NCBI GenBank assembly: GCA_964187785.1
Contig: OZ076409.1
Coordinates: forward strand, 89,282,001-89,346,000
Reading direction: 5' to 3'
DNA length: 64,000 bases
Source: Amphiscolops sp. MND2022
Taxonomy: Eukaryota
Part shown: positions 37,801 through 50,500 of the stretch, in pieces
Numbering within the stretch: the stretch's first letter is position 1
How the letters are laid out: each line of letters opens with the position of its first letter
Notes under the pieces: generated by a model
Told to the model about the DNA's origin: nothing
Seen by the model: the letters and a program-made list of their open reading frames with translations, nothing else
Database searches by the model: none
Position numbers and translations under genes: made by a program

Positions 37801-40063
37801 CGCATGAAGCTTGAGAAGGCTGAGAGGGCTCTACTTAGTCCTTGGGCTAGGCGTCGGTAGGCGAACGTTCTACTAGCAAAGTTAAAAGCAAGTAATTCTA
37901 CTGACCTTTGATCTGCCATTTGAAGGCAGTGGTACGCTTGGGAGCAGTCGAGTTTGCAGAAAAGTTTTTTCCCAGCTAGGTGTTGTGCCGCATCTGAGAG
38001 GGTGCTGACGGGGTGGTTGTTGTTGATGTAGTCATCTGCTATGAGTGCGTTGATTTTGCGCAGATCCACCAGTAGTCTCAGTTTGCCGTTGGGTTTCCGT
38101 TGTGCAAATATAGGACTGGCGTACTTGGAGAAGGGGAGTGTCGTGATGATGCCGTATTTGTGCATGAGGGCCAGCTCTACTGTCAGGTCTTCTTTGAGAT
38201 TGATTGGGACTGGTAGACTCTGGGTGTATACTGGTTTATCATCTCTTGGTGTGAGGCTGACTTTGAATTGCGTGTTCATTCCGATGTCGAGACGGTGGCG
38301 GGCAAATATGTCGTTAAATTCGACTAGTGTGGTTTCAAGGTTTTCACGGTCTTTGCCCGTAATTAGTGAGTCGGTCCATTTGAATAACGAAAGGAATTTG
38401 TGTCGAGATTCGGCGTTTTCAGTTGGATCTAGTTTTTCTAGTTCGGCAAGTTCTCGTAGTTCTTTCAAAATTCGTTTTTGTATGGTGGTGTGTTCTTGTT
38501 CATTGCCAGGGTTGTCTGGGGTTGGGAACCAGAATTTTTCTTCGATATCTTCGGGTTTGTCGACTTGCATAAGTGCGTTGATGTATGTGACTACATCATC
38601 GTGCTCTGTTAGGAGGTTGAGTGCAGCGATGTCCACAGGCCGTATCAGTTTCGTTTCTTCTGGTTTGAGGATTTGTAGTTCCGCGATCTTGGTGCCTGGA
38701 GCTATCGTGTAGGGGAAGTCTGTTGTGTTGGCGACCTTGATTGCTACTTTCTTGCTTCTGGCTGTTGTGATTGCTGGGGCTACTATTAGTTTTGAGTTTT
38801 CGTCGAATTGTGGTTGGGGTTGGATTGTCCCTGTGATGGTGTGTTCTGTTGTCACGGGTATCACTGCGTATATTATTCGCGTTGCTTGTGCTGGTATAGT
38901 ATGTTTCGCTTCCGTTTTAATGGTGATAGGTTTCAGATTGCATTTTTGCATTTCGTCTGTGAGTGCCATCGTAATTTGAATCTTCGGGAAGTCAATTGTT
39001 CCCTGCGCAGTGTCAAGAATTGCGGCATGTTTCCGTAGGAATGCTAGTCCGATGATGGGGAAAGACATCTGGTTCATGACAATGAACGTTTCCTCAAAGG
39101 TATAGTTGCCAATTTTGAAACGTAATGTATACGTTGCCAGAGGTTGCTCGAGTTCAGCATTAGCATATTGTACCTTGAAAGGGGGTGGGGGTGCCTTGTG
39201 TTTGATGCACTGGTTTGCATCTTGTCGGAGTTTTTCGGCGTCTCTTTCACTAATGGCGTTGATGTATGCACCTGAGTCAACGAGGGCGTCTATTTTGACG
39301 GAATTGAAGTCTACTGGTAAGAAAAGCATTCGTTTTTTCTTTTTCAGTGTAATTGCTGACATTAGCGGAATGTAGTCGTCATCTTTGTCATGTTGTATGA
39401 ATTCTTTGATGACATCTAGATCTTCTGGTAGTGTTGTTGGGTATTCTATTTCTGCATCGTTACTTCTCGTCATCGCTGTGGCTGGTGCTGTCTGTGTGGG
39501 CGGTGGAGATGATGAATCAATGGTTGGGCCTTCAGTCTTCTGTTGCCACAACGTTTTATCTTCGATGCAAATGATGTCCTCTGCGTTTATGGGCGTGGAC
39601 GTGACGGTGACGGGCCCTGTTGGGGAGGGTCCTGGGTTCTTCAATATTGGGGAGGGCGGTGGTGGAAAGTGATGTGTTTCTCTGGGCTGGGGCTGTGGGT
39701 TTGGTATCTGGATTTTGAAAGCAAGTTTGTTGTGGTCGTATATGTGGGGGTTGTCCCAAGGATCACATCTGTAGTCCACGTCATATATGTATGTTCGTTC
39801 GGTTTTGGATTCTGGCAGAGGTCGTTTCAGTGTGGCATAATTGTCGGGCGACTCCGTTATCCATTGGGGTAGTGGTATTGGTTCTTCTGGGTGTCGTGCA
39901 TTGTGTCTAAGTATCATGCCTACGTTCCAACGACGTTGCCAGTCCTGTGTCGGTTCTTCGTTGCATTCTGTGAAAAAATCTTCCTCGTATCTGTTTGGGG
40001 GGTCTTCGATGGTGTACGCCCTCGCGTCTACTTTTTCCCCGAACCGTAGACGCGGCGATTTTA
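34818..40063 (-). CDS. pol: Element B Pol (protease, RT, RNase H, integrase), expressed by -1 frameshift from gag
   Basis: Motifs LVDSGA, LDCSQAY, YVDD, TDAS, H...HPG...CPDC, VDIL/TDKG/LER and WTGPY. The frame stays open upstream of ATG 39917 up to the gag stop. Confidence 0.95.
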
Positions 40064-40070
40064 GTTTTTT
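40017..40070 (-). promoter_or_regulatory. -1 programmed ribosomal frameshift signal
   Basis: A AAA AAC (40070-40064) sits directly before the gag TAA and is followed by a perfect 9-bp stem, CGCGTCTAC/GTAGACGCG. Confidence 0.85.
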
Positions 40071-41470
40071 GTTTGGGTATTGGCGGTGGGGACAGGGGCG
40101 TCACTGATTTTGTCCGTGGGGATGGTGAATTCCCTCTTCTTTCGTCTGGGGTCATTTGCCGCATTTGCTCCGTTCCAACAATTCTCGGTTTTGTGCATTT
40201 TTCCGCATGTATTGCACTTGGGTTTGGGGGCTTCGCTCTGGTTTAAGTCTTTGGTAGGAGGTTTGGCGTTGTTGTAGCGTTCTCTCTGGAGCCTGCGACA
40301 CTGTGCTTTATAGTGGCCGTATTTGCCGCAGTGGAAACAATGACCTCGTTGTTGTTGGTCTTTTTTGTCTTCCGTCACTACAGCGTCCACTGTGTTGAGT
40401 GGGACTAGGGTGGTTTCATCGGGCGCTCCTAGTCCGTTTAATCGCATTTCCCGTTCGAGGTGGAGAATTATATCATTGTAGGGTTTATCCTCCAAGTATG
40501 CCCTGTTGAGTATCTTTTTTACGTGGTCGGGCATTTTGGCGTAGATTGCGTTGTCGATGAATTTCTGTGCTTCAGAGCCAAACGCTTCTTTGGCGGTTTT
40601 TTGTAGGACATCAAGGAATTCGTGTAGTTTTTGTTTGGTGGGGTCAAAGTGGAGTGCGTCCCACTCGCATCTTGCTTTGGCGGAGGATTGAAAATCGCCA
40701 AAACGTCGTTTGAAAGCCGTTATGACTTCTTCCAGATTGTCTTTTTTAGTGTCGTCTAAGTTGCAGTACGCTTGAAGTGCGTTCCCGCGTAGTAGTGAGT
40801 GGAAATAGTTGATTTTTTGGATTTCCGTCAAGTGGGGATACATTTTAATATTGTTTCGGAACAAGTCCTCAAAAAGTTCAAATTTTTCGGACTTACCATC
40901 GAAAACTGGAAGCGAAGCTGTGAGGGCTTTCGGCATCGGAAGTGGGTGGGCAGATGGGAACGTCTGCGGTTGTGGTGCGAACAGTATCTTTGACGTGGAT
41001 GGTCGGTCTTTTGGTTGTTCGGTGAGTATACGTTGTGCTTTTGGTCTTTTGGTGGGTTGGTTAGTGGAATCATTGAGGACTCCTGTCACCATGTTACGAC
41101 TATTGTTCGGTGTTGTTTTAGAACTAGTCGCAGTTTGTGTTTTGACTGGGGTGGACGTTCTTGCTACGGAGATGTTTTCTTGGTCAGAATCAGAATCTTG
41201 CAAGTTCGGATTGACTGAACGTTTCTTGCTCGCAGGTGCTATTAATTTGAGCATTTCCTTTTGATTTTCAGCTAATATTTTTGTTAGATCAGTCATTATC
41301 TCTTTTCTCAGTGTTGTTTTTATTTCCTCCAGATTTTCAAGCTCAAGTCTAGGGTTTTTACTAGAGCTAGGTATCAGGTTTTCAGTGGAGTTATTTTCAG
41401 TTAGAGAAGCTTCAAAATCTCCTGACGCTAACTCAGCTATAGCTTTTCTCTTCTGGCTCCTTGTCGTCAT
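40061..41470 (-). CDS. gag: Element B Gag (~469 aa), starting inside the 5' LTR
   Basis: LPVFDGKSEKFELFEDLF, knuckle CFHCGKYGHYKAQC and a second C-C-H-C knuckle. First ATG (MTTRSQ) is at 41470. Confidence 0.9.
   Translation of the reverse strand: MTTRSQKRKAIAELASGDFEASLTENNSTENLIPSSSKNPRLELENLEEIKTTLRKEIMTDLTKILAENQKEMLKLIAPASKKRSVNPNLQDSDSDQENISVARTSTPVKTQTATSSKTTPNNSRNMVTGVLNDSTNQPTKRPKAQRILTEQPKDRPSTSKILFAPQPQTFPSAHPLPMPKALTASLPVFDGKSEKFELFEDLFRNNIKMYPHLTEIQKINYFHSLLRGNALQAYCNLDDTKKDNLEEVITAFKRRFGDFQSSAKARCEWDALHFDPTKQKLHEFLDVLQKTAKEAFGSEAQKFIDNAIYAKMPDHVKKILNRAYLEDKPYNDIILHLEREMRLNGLGAPDETTLVPLNTVDAVVTEDKKDQQQRGHCFHCGKYGHYKAQCRRLQRERYNNAKPPTKDLNQSEAPKPKCNTCGKMHKTENCWNGANAANDPRRKKREFTIPTDKISDAPVPTANTQTKN
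41079..41091 (-). promoter_or_regulatory. Primer-binding site (TGGTGACAGGAGT, tRNA-Leu-like)
   Basis: Directly follows the CA end of the 5' LTR. It resembles the complement of tRNA-Leu(CAG) 3' ends. Confidence 0.75.
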
Positions 41471-42439
41471 TTTCAAAGTTGAGATGTCAGAGTCTTTGGC
41501 AAGAATTAAATTCTTCAAAGAAATTTTGAGTTTTCGTAATTACAACGAGCAACAAAGTTTTGAAACAAATTCAAGATCAACTAAAAATACATGTCCTCTC
41601 TACATATTTATACCTTCTTAGCATCATTTGTTCCTCACCTAAAAATTCCTAGGAATCCTAAAAATCGGGTTTGTTCAACAAAATTCGCCGATGATTCAAA
41701 TTATTTCAGTCTGGCGTCATAAATTCAGGTATCGGATTTCCTAGTTGCGTCAACATTCCGTGAGACTTTGTTGAAATCATTTTTGTTCAGATAATTCATT
41801 TCCTGTTTGGTCTTCAGAACCGCGGTAAAATAGAAATCTAACTGACATTTTCATCGACGCAAGCACGCCGGCGTGAACTATTAGTCAATATTCAACTCAA
41901 GGAGTTGGAATTTTGAAGAAAAAGATGATGTTCAAAAAGGGCGACGGAAACGATACGTCGCTGAAAATTCGCCGTTGAGAATATTTGAAATGAGAAACAA
42001 ATGATGCTAATGGACATTAAGACAGACTGACTTCAGTATACAACAAACATAAAATCCAACATAAAAATTGACTTGGGTTACGGGAATACTCCGTATCATG
42101 TCCCAAATACTAACTAACTGCAACAGCACAAGAATAAAACAATGTAACAAAGGCATTTCAAAACTGGTACAAATCCGAAATTGCTTTCGGGATCATTCAT
42201 TCATCATTATAATTAGGGTTAGGTTATAAAATTAGCATCAAACAGACATCAGTATAATTTACGTAAACACTTCGTGACTTGGAATTAGGTCCTGAGTAGT
42301 ACAGCTTTTATCATACAGAAAACATGACGTAAGTTTACGAGGATTAGTGCAAAATTCATCACCATCAACTGATTATAAAAGTATCCTCTTCCTCTGCCTC
42401 TTCCTAGGGCGAAACACCATTCACACCCACGACCGGGAG
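41092..42439 (-). repeat. 5' LTR of element B, missing its outermost 12 nt
   Basis: The match to the 3' LTR stops at GACCGGGAG; CGGGTCGTGACA is absent. Confidence 0.92.
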
Positions 42440-44531
42440 TATCCCTGAGAAGCTTTCTTTGGTCTTTGAAAAAATGTTATTGAGCTTCATACCATCTGAG
42501 CTACCAGTCATATCAAAAAATCACTCTTTGAGGACCAAGAGAAAAAGAGCACATCTACGTAACTATAGTATAATGTCGATATACTTAACTCCCTTTTTGA
42601 TGAAGCAGTCTAGATCCAGTAGTTTGTTTTGAAATCAACGAAGCGTTTTGCTCTGCATCACTTGACTTACTGCTGACCAAACTAGTACCAATTGATTTCG
42701 ATGGAGATTTCCAACTTGTCCCATTTTTCTGTAAGGGAAAAAACAATTGCCAATTGAATCGTGTTTTGTTTCAATATTCTGTTTCAGAATTGGCCCCGTT
42801 GCAATGGTAAATAGTCTTTTGGCTTAATGCCATTTGGCCTATAGTCAATTGGCCCTATGTGCATAGTCACTTTGCTTAATTCTTCAAAAGCCAAACATCT
42901 TCATTTGATTTCAAAAGTAGCCGTACGTATGAGACAAAACTATTAATGGGGAGTGTTTCCAAGAAAAAACTCCTAGTGCTGTTTCTTAGAATTGGACCAC
43001 GTCTCAAAATTCTTTATACCCTTTGGCCGCTAATGGATGTCTTTCTAAGCGAGGTCCAGACATGCTCCCAATCAATCGCTGTGCGATCTTTCCTTCTGCT
43101 AGATCTTTTTAACTGCGATGCGTACAAACAACATTAGTAACAATATCGAGGAGATTCCTTCACGTCATCTTGTTCTCTCAGTTTTTTTTTCGAGGGTTAA
43201 AGGATTCGGAGAGTTGAACGTCGACACAGAAATCTATACAAACAAGCATGTTCATGAAATGCATTGATGCCTTTAAAAAACATCAAGATTGCTTTCAAAC
43301 TTTGAACATTTCAGGCGATTAGCGAATAATTTTTCAAAGTGTTCATAGGTAGGAATAACTACCATTTTCAAAGTCAAAACAATCAATGTCTTTTTAAATC
43401 AAAGCGACGCGAAGCGGCAACACAAGCTTGTGTGGTCAGAATGGGGGCTTCTCAGCTACAATTTTATTCCGACTTACTAATATCAAGAGGTTTCGAATTC
43501 TGCCATGAAGAGTCTTTCAAGAGCAAAAGCTATTATAGACAGGAACCAAACCGGGAACGGCATAAATCATTGTCGCAGTTAAGGCTCAAAAATAGCAAAA
43601 GGACTTGAAAGCGTCAAGTATTCTCTTCCACAATACCCAAAAAACCCAAAGGGGACCGAAAAATTGAAGGGTGACCCTTCAGAGACATTTAAAAGTGTTC
43701 GAAAAGAGAGTCCCACAAAGCCGAAAAAAACCCGAACGGGGGAGGGACCATTTAGTCTTGTCCGGATTTGCATAGTACGCTAGAAAAGGGAACAACTTTT
43801 ATAGTTCAGTTCCCTGGGCCAAATGGTACAATTTGGCGCCTTAAAATTTTGTAGAACTTGTAGAACTGTTTTGGTCAGTTAGTCTGGATAAAAAATAGAA
43901 TCGCTAATATAGCCGCGTTTCACTTCATGAAGCGCAGTTTAAAAACCCGAGCGCGACTTCAAATTTATTGACAAACATTAACTGAAAATCGAGAGTAGAT
44001 TTTTTGGTGTACCGGTTTCTGTTGTATTGAATTCTCTCGACGAAGTCAGGGAAAATTTTTTTGAAATAGAAGACTGATATGAGGGAACAAATTCTTGTGC
44101 TCAATAAACAGTTTTTCGAACATAAGATAACTTTGGCAGGCAAGTTATTCAATTTTAATACTAAGCGGAGTCGCAGTGATGCTTGAATAGCTGAAAAAAT
44201 TTTAAAAGTCGAATCGTGTACTTATGATTGCAACACGATTCGGATTGATTCAATTTCATCAATACCAACACGAAAACCGAACCATTAAGACTTGAATCAC
44301 ACAGTAGAGCTTCAATTTTCAACATCCGTCGCCAAAACTATCTCGGATGTTCTCATTCTGTCAAAAAAACTCGTGTAATTGAGATTGATAGCAAGTGCAT
44401 TGAAGCTTGAATCGAAGAAGAATACTCAAGAAAAATGTCCCAAAAAGAAGTTGAAAGATTTGATGACACAATAACTGCTTCTGAGTGGATTCCCTGGAAA
44501 GTGAAAGAAGGGCGACCAGAAGCTATACCAG
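42440..44531 (+). repeat. Host segment, copy 2 (duplicate of 25670-27909, with a ~150-bp deletion near 42710)
   Basis: Direct comparison. It continues uninterrupted through the empty insertion site ATACCAG|GATGCC. Confidence 0.95.
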
Positions 44532-47500
44532 GATGCCAAAATTTAGAATCCATGTCAACATTGGGCGATAACAATTCTTGCTGTGAGGGCCATTACTGCT
44601 ATTATTTCAGGTAAGCAAAACGCTTGACATTTAAAGTGACATTCAAAGAATTTTAACTAAAGGTTGAAATTGATCAACCTGAAAATTGTTAACAGGAAAA
44701 AAACGTTCTCTATTTTGTTTTTACTCCGATTTTCGAGCCGAAGTAGCAATTCAACGTCTTTTTTTCTGGCTATCGCGTCCTCTCAAAGTTTGCAATTGGT
44801 AAAGTTTTCATGAAATTTTCCAGGAGAAGCGATTTGGTTTTAAAAGACATTGTGACCATTTTGAATCGGAGCTAAATGGAATATAGTACAACTAACAAAC
44901 TAACACCGTTTTTTTGCAATCAGAAAAACTATTAGAAATATATTGTTGAAAAGCTAGTTGATTTGCGTGCGCTGTGTAATGGTTGCAGAGTCGGTACAGC
45001 TTGCGCTGTGTAAAGCGAAGGTCCAGAGTTCAATTCCCGGTAGACACGAAAAAGCCGTTTCATTTTGGAGTTGAAAATGGAGTAAGATTTCAATGTTTCC
45101 GGTTTTTTCTGTATCTGACCGAATGATCACTTAATCCCTTATTGTATATTTTCCAGTCTGACGCGAAGCGCCGACACTTTTTGGTGAGGCTTTTTGGAGT
45201 TGCAACGATTGGTGGTGTGAAGTGTTGTGAAGGTTGATAAGAAAATTGACACGTTTTTATTTCTTGTCCAATTAGCGAACTCTTGGTTCGCTTTTTCTTT
45301 TTGTTTCTTGTTTGAAATCTCAAATTAGCCTCGTAATTAAAATTTTCGCGACAGTGCCTTCCTACACTTCAACAAAGGTCGTCTCAGGCGTGAGTTCGAA
45401 AGAAAGGACATTATTTATACGACCGGGAGAAACGAATGCTTTGGTCCAGCAATATGTAAATTGAACCTTTCTTTATTTATATTAAGTTTGTTACAAATGT
45501 CAATTATGCAGAAACAGAGTGCACAAATTAAACTAAATGAAAGGAATATAACTAAAGCTAGTTTAATATCAATCTTGAGGAAATATAAGTTAAGTGATTA
45601 AGAAATGGGTTATTAGGTTGTTTTTGTGTTTTACAAAATCAAGAGGAAAAGACTCTTTAGAAGTTGCTGCTATTAGTTAGCACGGTGCTCATAGTTCACC
45701 GATAGTCACGGGCTGGGAAAGATAGCAAATCGCTACTCTTTAAGTAAAGGACAACAGACTGTGGTACTGTTTATAGAGTGCTATACGGCTACTCTTTGTC
45801 TCAAGTTGAAAACGGTTCGACTTGAAGAGTCAAACTAAGCTAAGTTATTTAAGTCTCGTATAAGCCAGCTGAAGCTCTGGTTCTTAGTTTAGAGTCAGTG
45901 ACTATCACCAGACTTTGGTTTAGACACTATAAGCCACAATAAAGCAAGGACTATTCAAATCTTTGTTAAACAAAGACGGTATAGTAGCTTCTGTTCGAAG
46001 TCAAAAGTCAATTTAGACTCCAACGTAAGAGAGGAATTGGCCTGACTTGAAAGCAGGCTTGGATTTGTTTTAGAATAAAAATAGTCTAAGTCTTAATTTG
46101 CTTCTACTTGAAAGCGATGAGAGAATAGCTTAAAATTGCTTTTACTTGAAAGCAGGGTTGAAAACGCTTAAGATTTAGTTTGTTTTGGCTCGAGAGTATT
46201 AATTGAAAATAGTTCAAGATAAAACTGCTTTAGCTTTACAGACTTGACAAATATTCTTAGAATTGCTTTAACTTGAAAGCAGGTTTGGAAAGCGTACAAA
46301 ACAAATTTGAGCCAAGACTTGTAAAATTTGAAGGTTACAGAGTAAAGTTTGAATTAGGAAAATGACTTAGATAAAATAAAAGTGAAAGCACCAAAAAAAG
46401 AAAAAACGAAAATGGTTTGACTAGCAAATACTGCGCCGCACTGATGATGGGATTGAACCCGTGAAGGAAGGATGATAAGTAGGAGTTGTCGGATTTGTCG
46501 ATATTCCAAAAGAAGAGCTCTGAGAGGTGAAAATTGGTCTGCTTTTATACTAACTTTGACCGCTTCGTCAACCAATAAAATTCAATAACAATAGTGATTG
46601 GTTTACGAGCATGACGTATTATGACGTCAAGTCATATGCGAAAGCGTTTTTGTTGTGTTATTCGCAGGCGTAGCGTCCGCGACAATATGACGTCATTTGA
46701 TGTCATGACCAAATACGGAATATGTGTAGCATCGCAGAACAAAGAGGTGAACACCTTCGAGCGTGTTCAGAATTCAGAGCTGGAGGAGAGAATAAAAGAT
46801 AAAACTGCGCAAATTACAGTAGGTAAAATTATACATTACAAGTTTTGAGTTTATATCTTTTTGGATATTCAGTTGGATAAGTTTCTTTCTTTTTATTTAC
46901 CATAAGTCGCACACGACAGTAGTAACTTCTAAATAACGGACATTGAAGAATCTTAACAAACAAAGGTAAACATATAGATTGTTCCCAACATTTGACAGGT
47001 GTAGAAAGTGTTTGCCGCTTCTCAGTCTGGACTATTTGAACCCGGAATACAAAGACAAACTAGTAATATTACCGGATATCAGCAACATCAAACCAAAAGA
47101 ACCGAGTTTGTTTGCGGCAGATTACGGATACTTGGGCGAAGTTGTGGAATTCTATGACAATTACATTTCTCACATGAAAAACTTGAAAGGCTTTGCAATC
47201 AACGGTTGGAATAACAAAATTGCGAAAGAGATTTTCGACAATGTGGAGAGTACTTTCGTTGAATCAAAGAAGAAGCAAGCCAAAGATTTTGAAGTTGACT
47301 GGATGCTTATGAACGGGTCCGTGCTGACTATCGCGGAGGTTGGAATGCGGGGTGACACCGAAGGTAGAAACGAAAACACCCAAGAAGATAATAATGGAAA
47401 GAAAGGTCGAATTGTGTTTCTCCCGTTTTTAAAAAAGTTTATCAAGTCTCCATAAGCAATGAATGGAAAAGATTGATACGACTGATTGTTCTCAGTTCTT

Positions 47501-50500
47501 TTTGTGAACACAACCCTAAACTTTTTGGAGAATTTTTTAAAAAATTATACAGAAGACAAGTTTGGCAGAAATTTTTTCAATAGTCTCAGATTGAGTGAAA
47601 TGTTTTAGTAATCTCAGGTTATGTGGACGAGGATTCTAAATTCAGAATGATGATTTTAGCAATAAAATTCCTTTCCTTAACGGGCAAAAATAGAGAAACA
47701 TGATTCGAAAGGCAAGAAGACCGAGACTGACAAAGTAGAGAGAGTAATCAGCTCCAAGATCGACCAGATCTTAAAACATGACTTGATTATCAAACACCTT
47801 CTGGAAGCGACCAACAACCAGCTCACAAGCGTGAACTACTTTCTCATGCTCCCAGACTTTTCGATTGATCAAGTAGAGACCAGGGTACGGAACTTGTATC
47901 GAGGAGCTCTCAAAGATGGACGAGAATACTCATTGGACAAACTTACAAAATCAAACAAGTAAGCTGCCTAAGAAATGCTTTTCTTTCGGTGATTTTAAGT
48001 TTCCCTTTGCAAACGAATTTCTTTCCTTAAATGATTCTCATTTTAATTTTGCCAAGTCAAGCCGTTTCACGTATTTTTTCTCTCACGTATTACTAAATTT
48101 TTCCAAGATTTTTTTCTAACCTCCATATTGAATTTGCATTGATACAAATTATATCGAAGTTCCAAAAAAGTAGTATGAGAATATGAGGTTTAAAATCTAA
48201 CTAGACACGAAAATTCTCATGAATATATTTTCGCGAGAGTTCCCTTCTTGAATTATTCTCCGTTATTACCGAAAAAAGTTCATGAAAAAGTTGAAATCAC
48301 GTAAGACCACCAAAAACATTGATTTGTTTTTCAGCACCATTCAGTTTGGAGTCATTTCTAGCGAGGCCATTGCTGAGAAAACAGTCTATGTTTATAGTGG
48401 CAGTGGTGAATTTAGCCAACCCATTCATTTTGAGACACTGACGCAGCCTGAAAGTGAACAAAAGTGGGAGGACAATTATCGACATTTGACGTCTACTTTA
48501 GTGACATCCTCCCTTTTGACGTCCAATCCAAAGAGCAGTTCGAACCCAAAACCCGGTGAGTCCAAACCACAAAGTTCAAAAGCAATTTTTACAATTTTCA
48601 AAACTCATATTCTTGAGGCACACTTTTCCTGATATTACAATGGACAATAACTTTCATTACAGAACTTTGTTATTAAGGATGAGTATTTTCAAATCAGTAC
48701 ACTAATTAAGTTCGGCCAAATTAGGTTTCGGAAAAACCTTAGTTCAATGTTTATTTTATCATTTTGTACAGACCAAAAATCACAATTTTTACATTTTGTC
48801 TACGCATAAAATAGCAAAACAAATAACAAAACAAAACTTGACCCAAGGTTTTATCCAAAACTTTGTCCTTGTTAATATCATTGCATGATAAAAGTTAGGT
48901 TCTGTTAGCTCTGTTATTCAAGTACACGGGAAAACATGTCTCGCCTTCATGTAAAATGAACCCTAAAGGTTTTCTCGCCCCAACTTTTTTGTCAGCAATT
49001 GAGAAAACGTTCCAGTTTAAGTTTCCATCGCCGATAGTTCCAAATGGAAAATCAAAACCTATGATAGCAATTTATTTTCTTTGATTGGACCCAACGTTTA
49101 CGTTTCTTGGAGTCCGTCTATGTAGCACTTGAGAACGTCGTAAAAAAGTGTTTTTTTTTCAAGGAATTGGGGGTTGTGTGAATTGATTTGGGGTCAAAAT
49201 TATTCAGCATCAACATTGTGGATGCTATAAAGTATGCCACAGTCTTCTAATTAATTAGGAAAACGCAAGGTTCACACCATAATATGTAAAAATTTACCTC
49301 CTGTTCCGATATAGTGATAAAAAACAAAAGACTTGTTTAAACTAGTTTCAATATAAATACTGTTTCCAACAAACACACATACACTCAAAGTTCTAGTTTT
49401 GTTGGTTCGTTAAGCTGAGTTGTTCCAAAATTTGTAGAGAAAAGTTTGTTGGCGAGTCAACTGTCCGACAAAGACCGGAAGTCGATGTACCCTTCAGTTG
49501 GATGGACTCAGAAAAAAATAGGACCTCGGTTCCCGACACAGCTGGTTTTAGGACCGGAACAATTGAGAATTGTGAATTCCAGCGAATGGAAAACCTCAAA
49601 CTTTAAAATGCGTGAAGAAAAATTCCAAAGAAACATAACGTTCCTCATAGGCGAAGCTGGCTGCGGGAAAACAACGACTCTGTTAGCTCTGTTATTCAAG
49701 TACACGGGAAAACATGTCTCGCCTTCGAAAAACAACCTGCGAAAAGTTGTATTCTTTATTCCGCAGGAGAAAACAGAGTTTAGAAGGGATGTGAAACAAT
49801 TTGTTGAAAGCCATTGTCGACCAGAATGGGTACAAATTACCCCCCTTCATTTACTACTGAAAGAAGAGTTGATTCCTGAATGTATTTATTTGATTGACGA
49901 GTTTTATGGGTCAGCCAAAGAGATAATTTCAAAGCTGAAACGAAACAGATGCAAAGTTTATATCGCCTGCGTAAGCTCGAAGTCTGCTCACGGAATATAT
50001 ATGAGAAGTAACGGAGAATGTTGGAGTTCTGTGTACTTTAGAAGAACTTATCGATCTCCAGAAGTTCTTTCCCGTATTTCCTCCAAATTGCGCAGGCTCA
50101 TCGACCGAGAAAATGTCGGAAGCAGTCGAGTGAGTTTACCATGGGCGATGTCATTCTACAATGGAGCACCAGCTAATTCGAAAAATATTATACAAGTCAT
50201 CAACTTTGAAAAGTTTATCACGTCAGGGGAATCTATTTTGCATAGTGAGAAGCGGAACTTGGTAGTTTCTTTAGATATTGATTCACCTACGATACAGTTC
50301 ATAGAGCAGAAATTTAACCAGAGCTCAAGGTACCATTTGAGGTCGGAATCCGAATCCGTGGAAAGTATCCCATTCACCGGAAGCGAATTTCAGAATGTCA
50401 TGGTCGTTTTGGGTGACTCAGTTAGTCCTGATAACAGTACCAGCATTCTTTTGTTACACAGTGCGATCACCAGAGCCACTGAGAATGCTTACGTCATATG

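Larger units (their letters stand above)
27910..42439 (-). mobile_element. Young 14.5-kb Gypsy LTR retrotransposon (element B) with two accessory genes
   Basis: Two ~1.35-kb LTRs with only two small differences noticed, a PBS, a PPT, and intact gag and pol in PR-RT-RH-IN order. Confidence 0.95.

Noticed and set aside
35039..41621. Many short ORFs overlapping gag/pol on other frames or strands
   Set aside because: Shadow ORFs of the long coding frames with no recognisable motifs. The same applies to 611-3332.
44975..45050. Functional tRNA gene (also 57426-57515)
   Set aside because: A/B boxes are present but no convincing acceptor or anticodon stems; kept only as SINE-like heads.
46621..46848. 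Extra exon of the helicase gene
   Set aside because: Available splice phases give stops or mismatches; exon 1 joins 46999 directly in phase.
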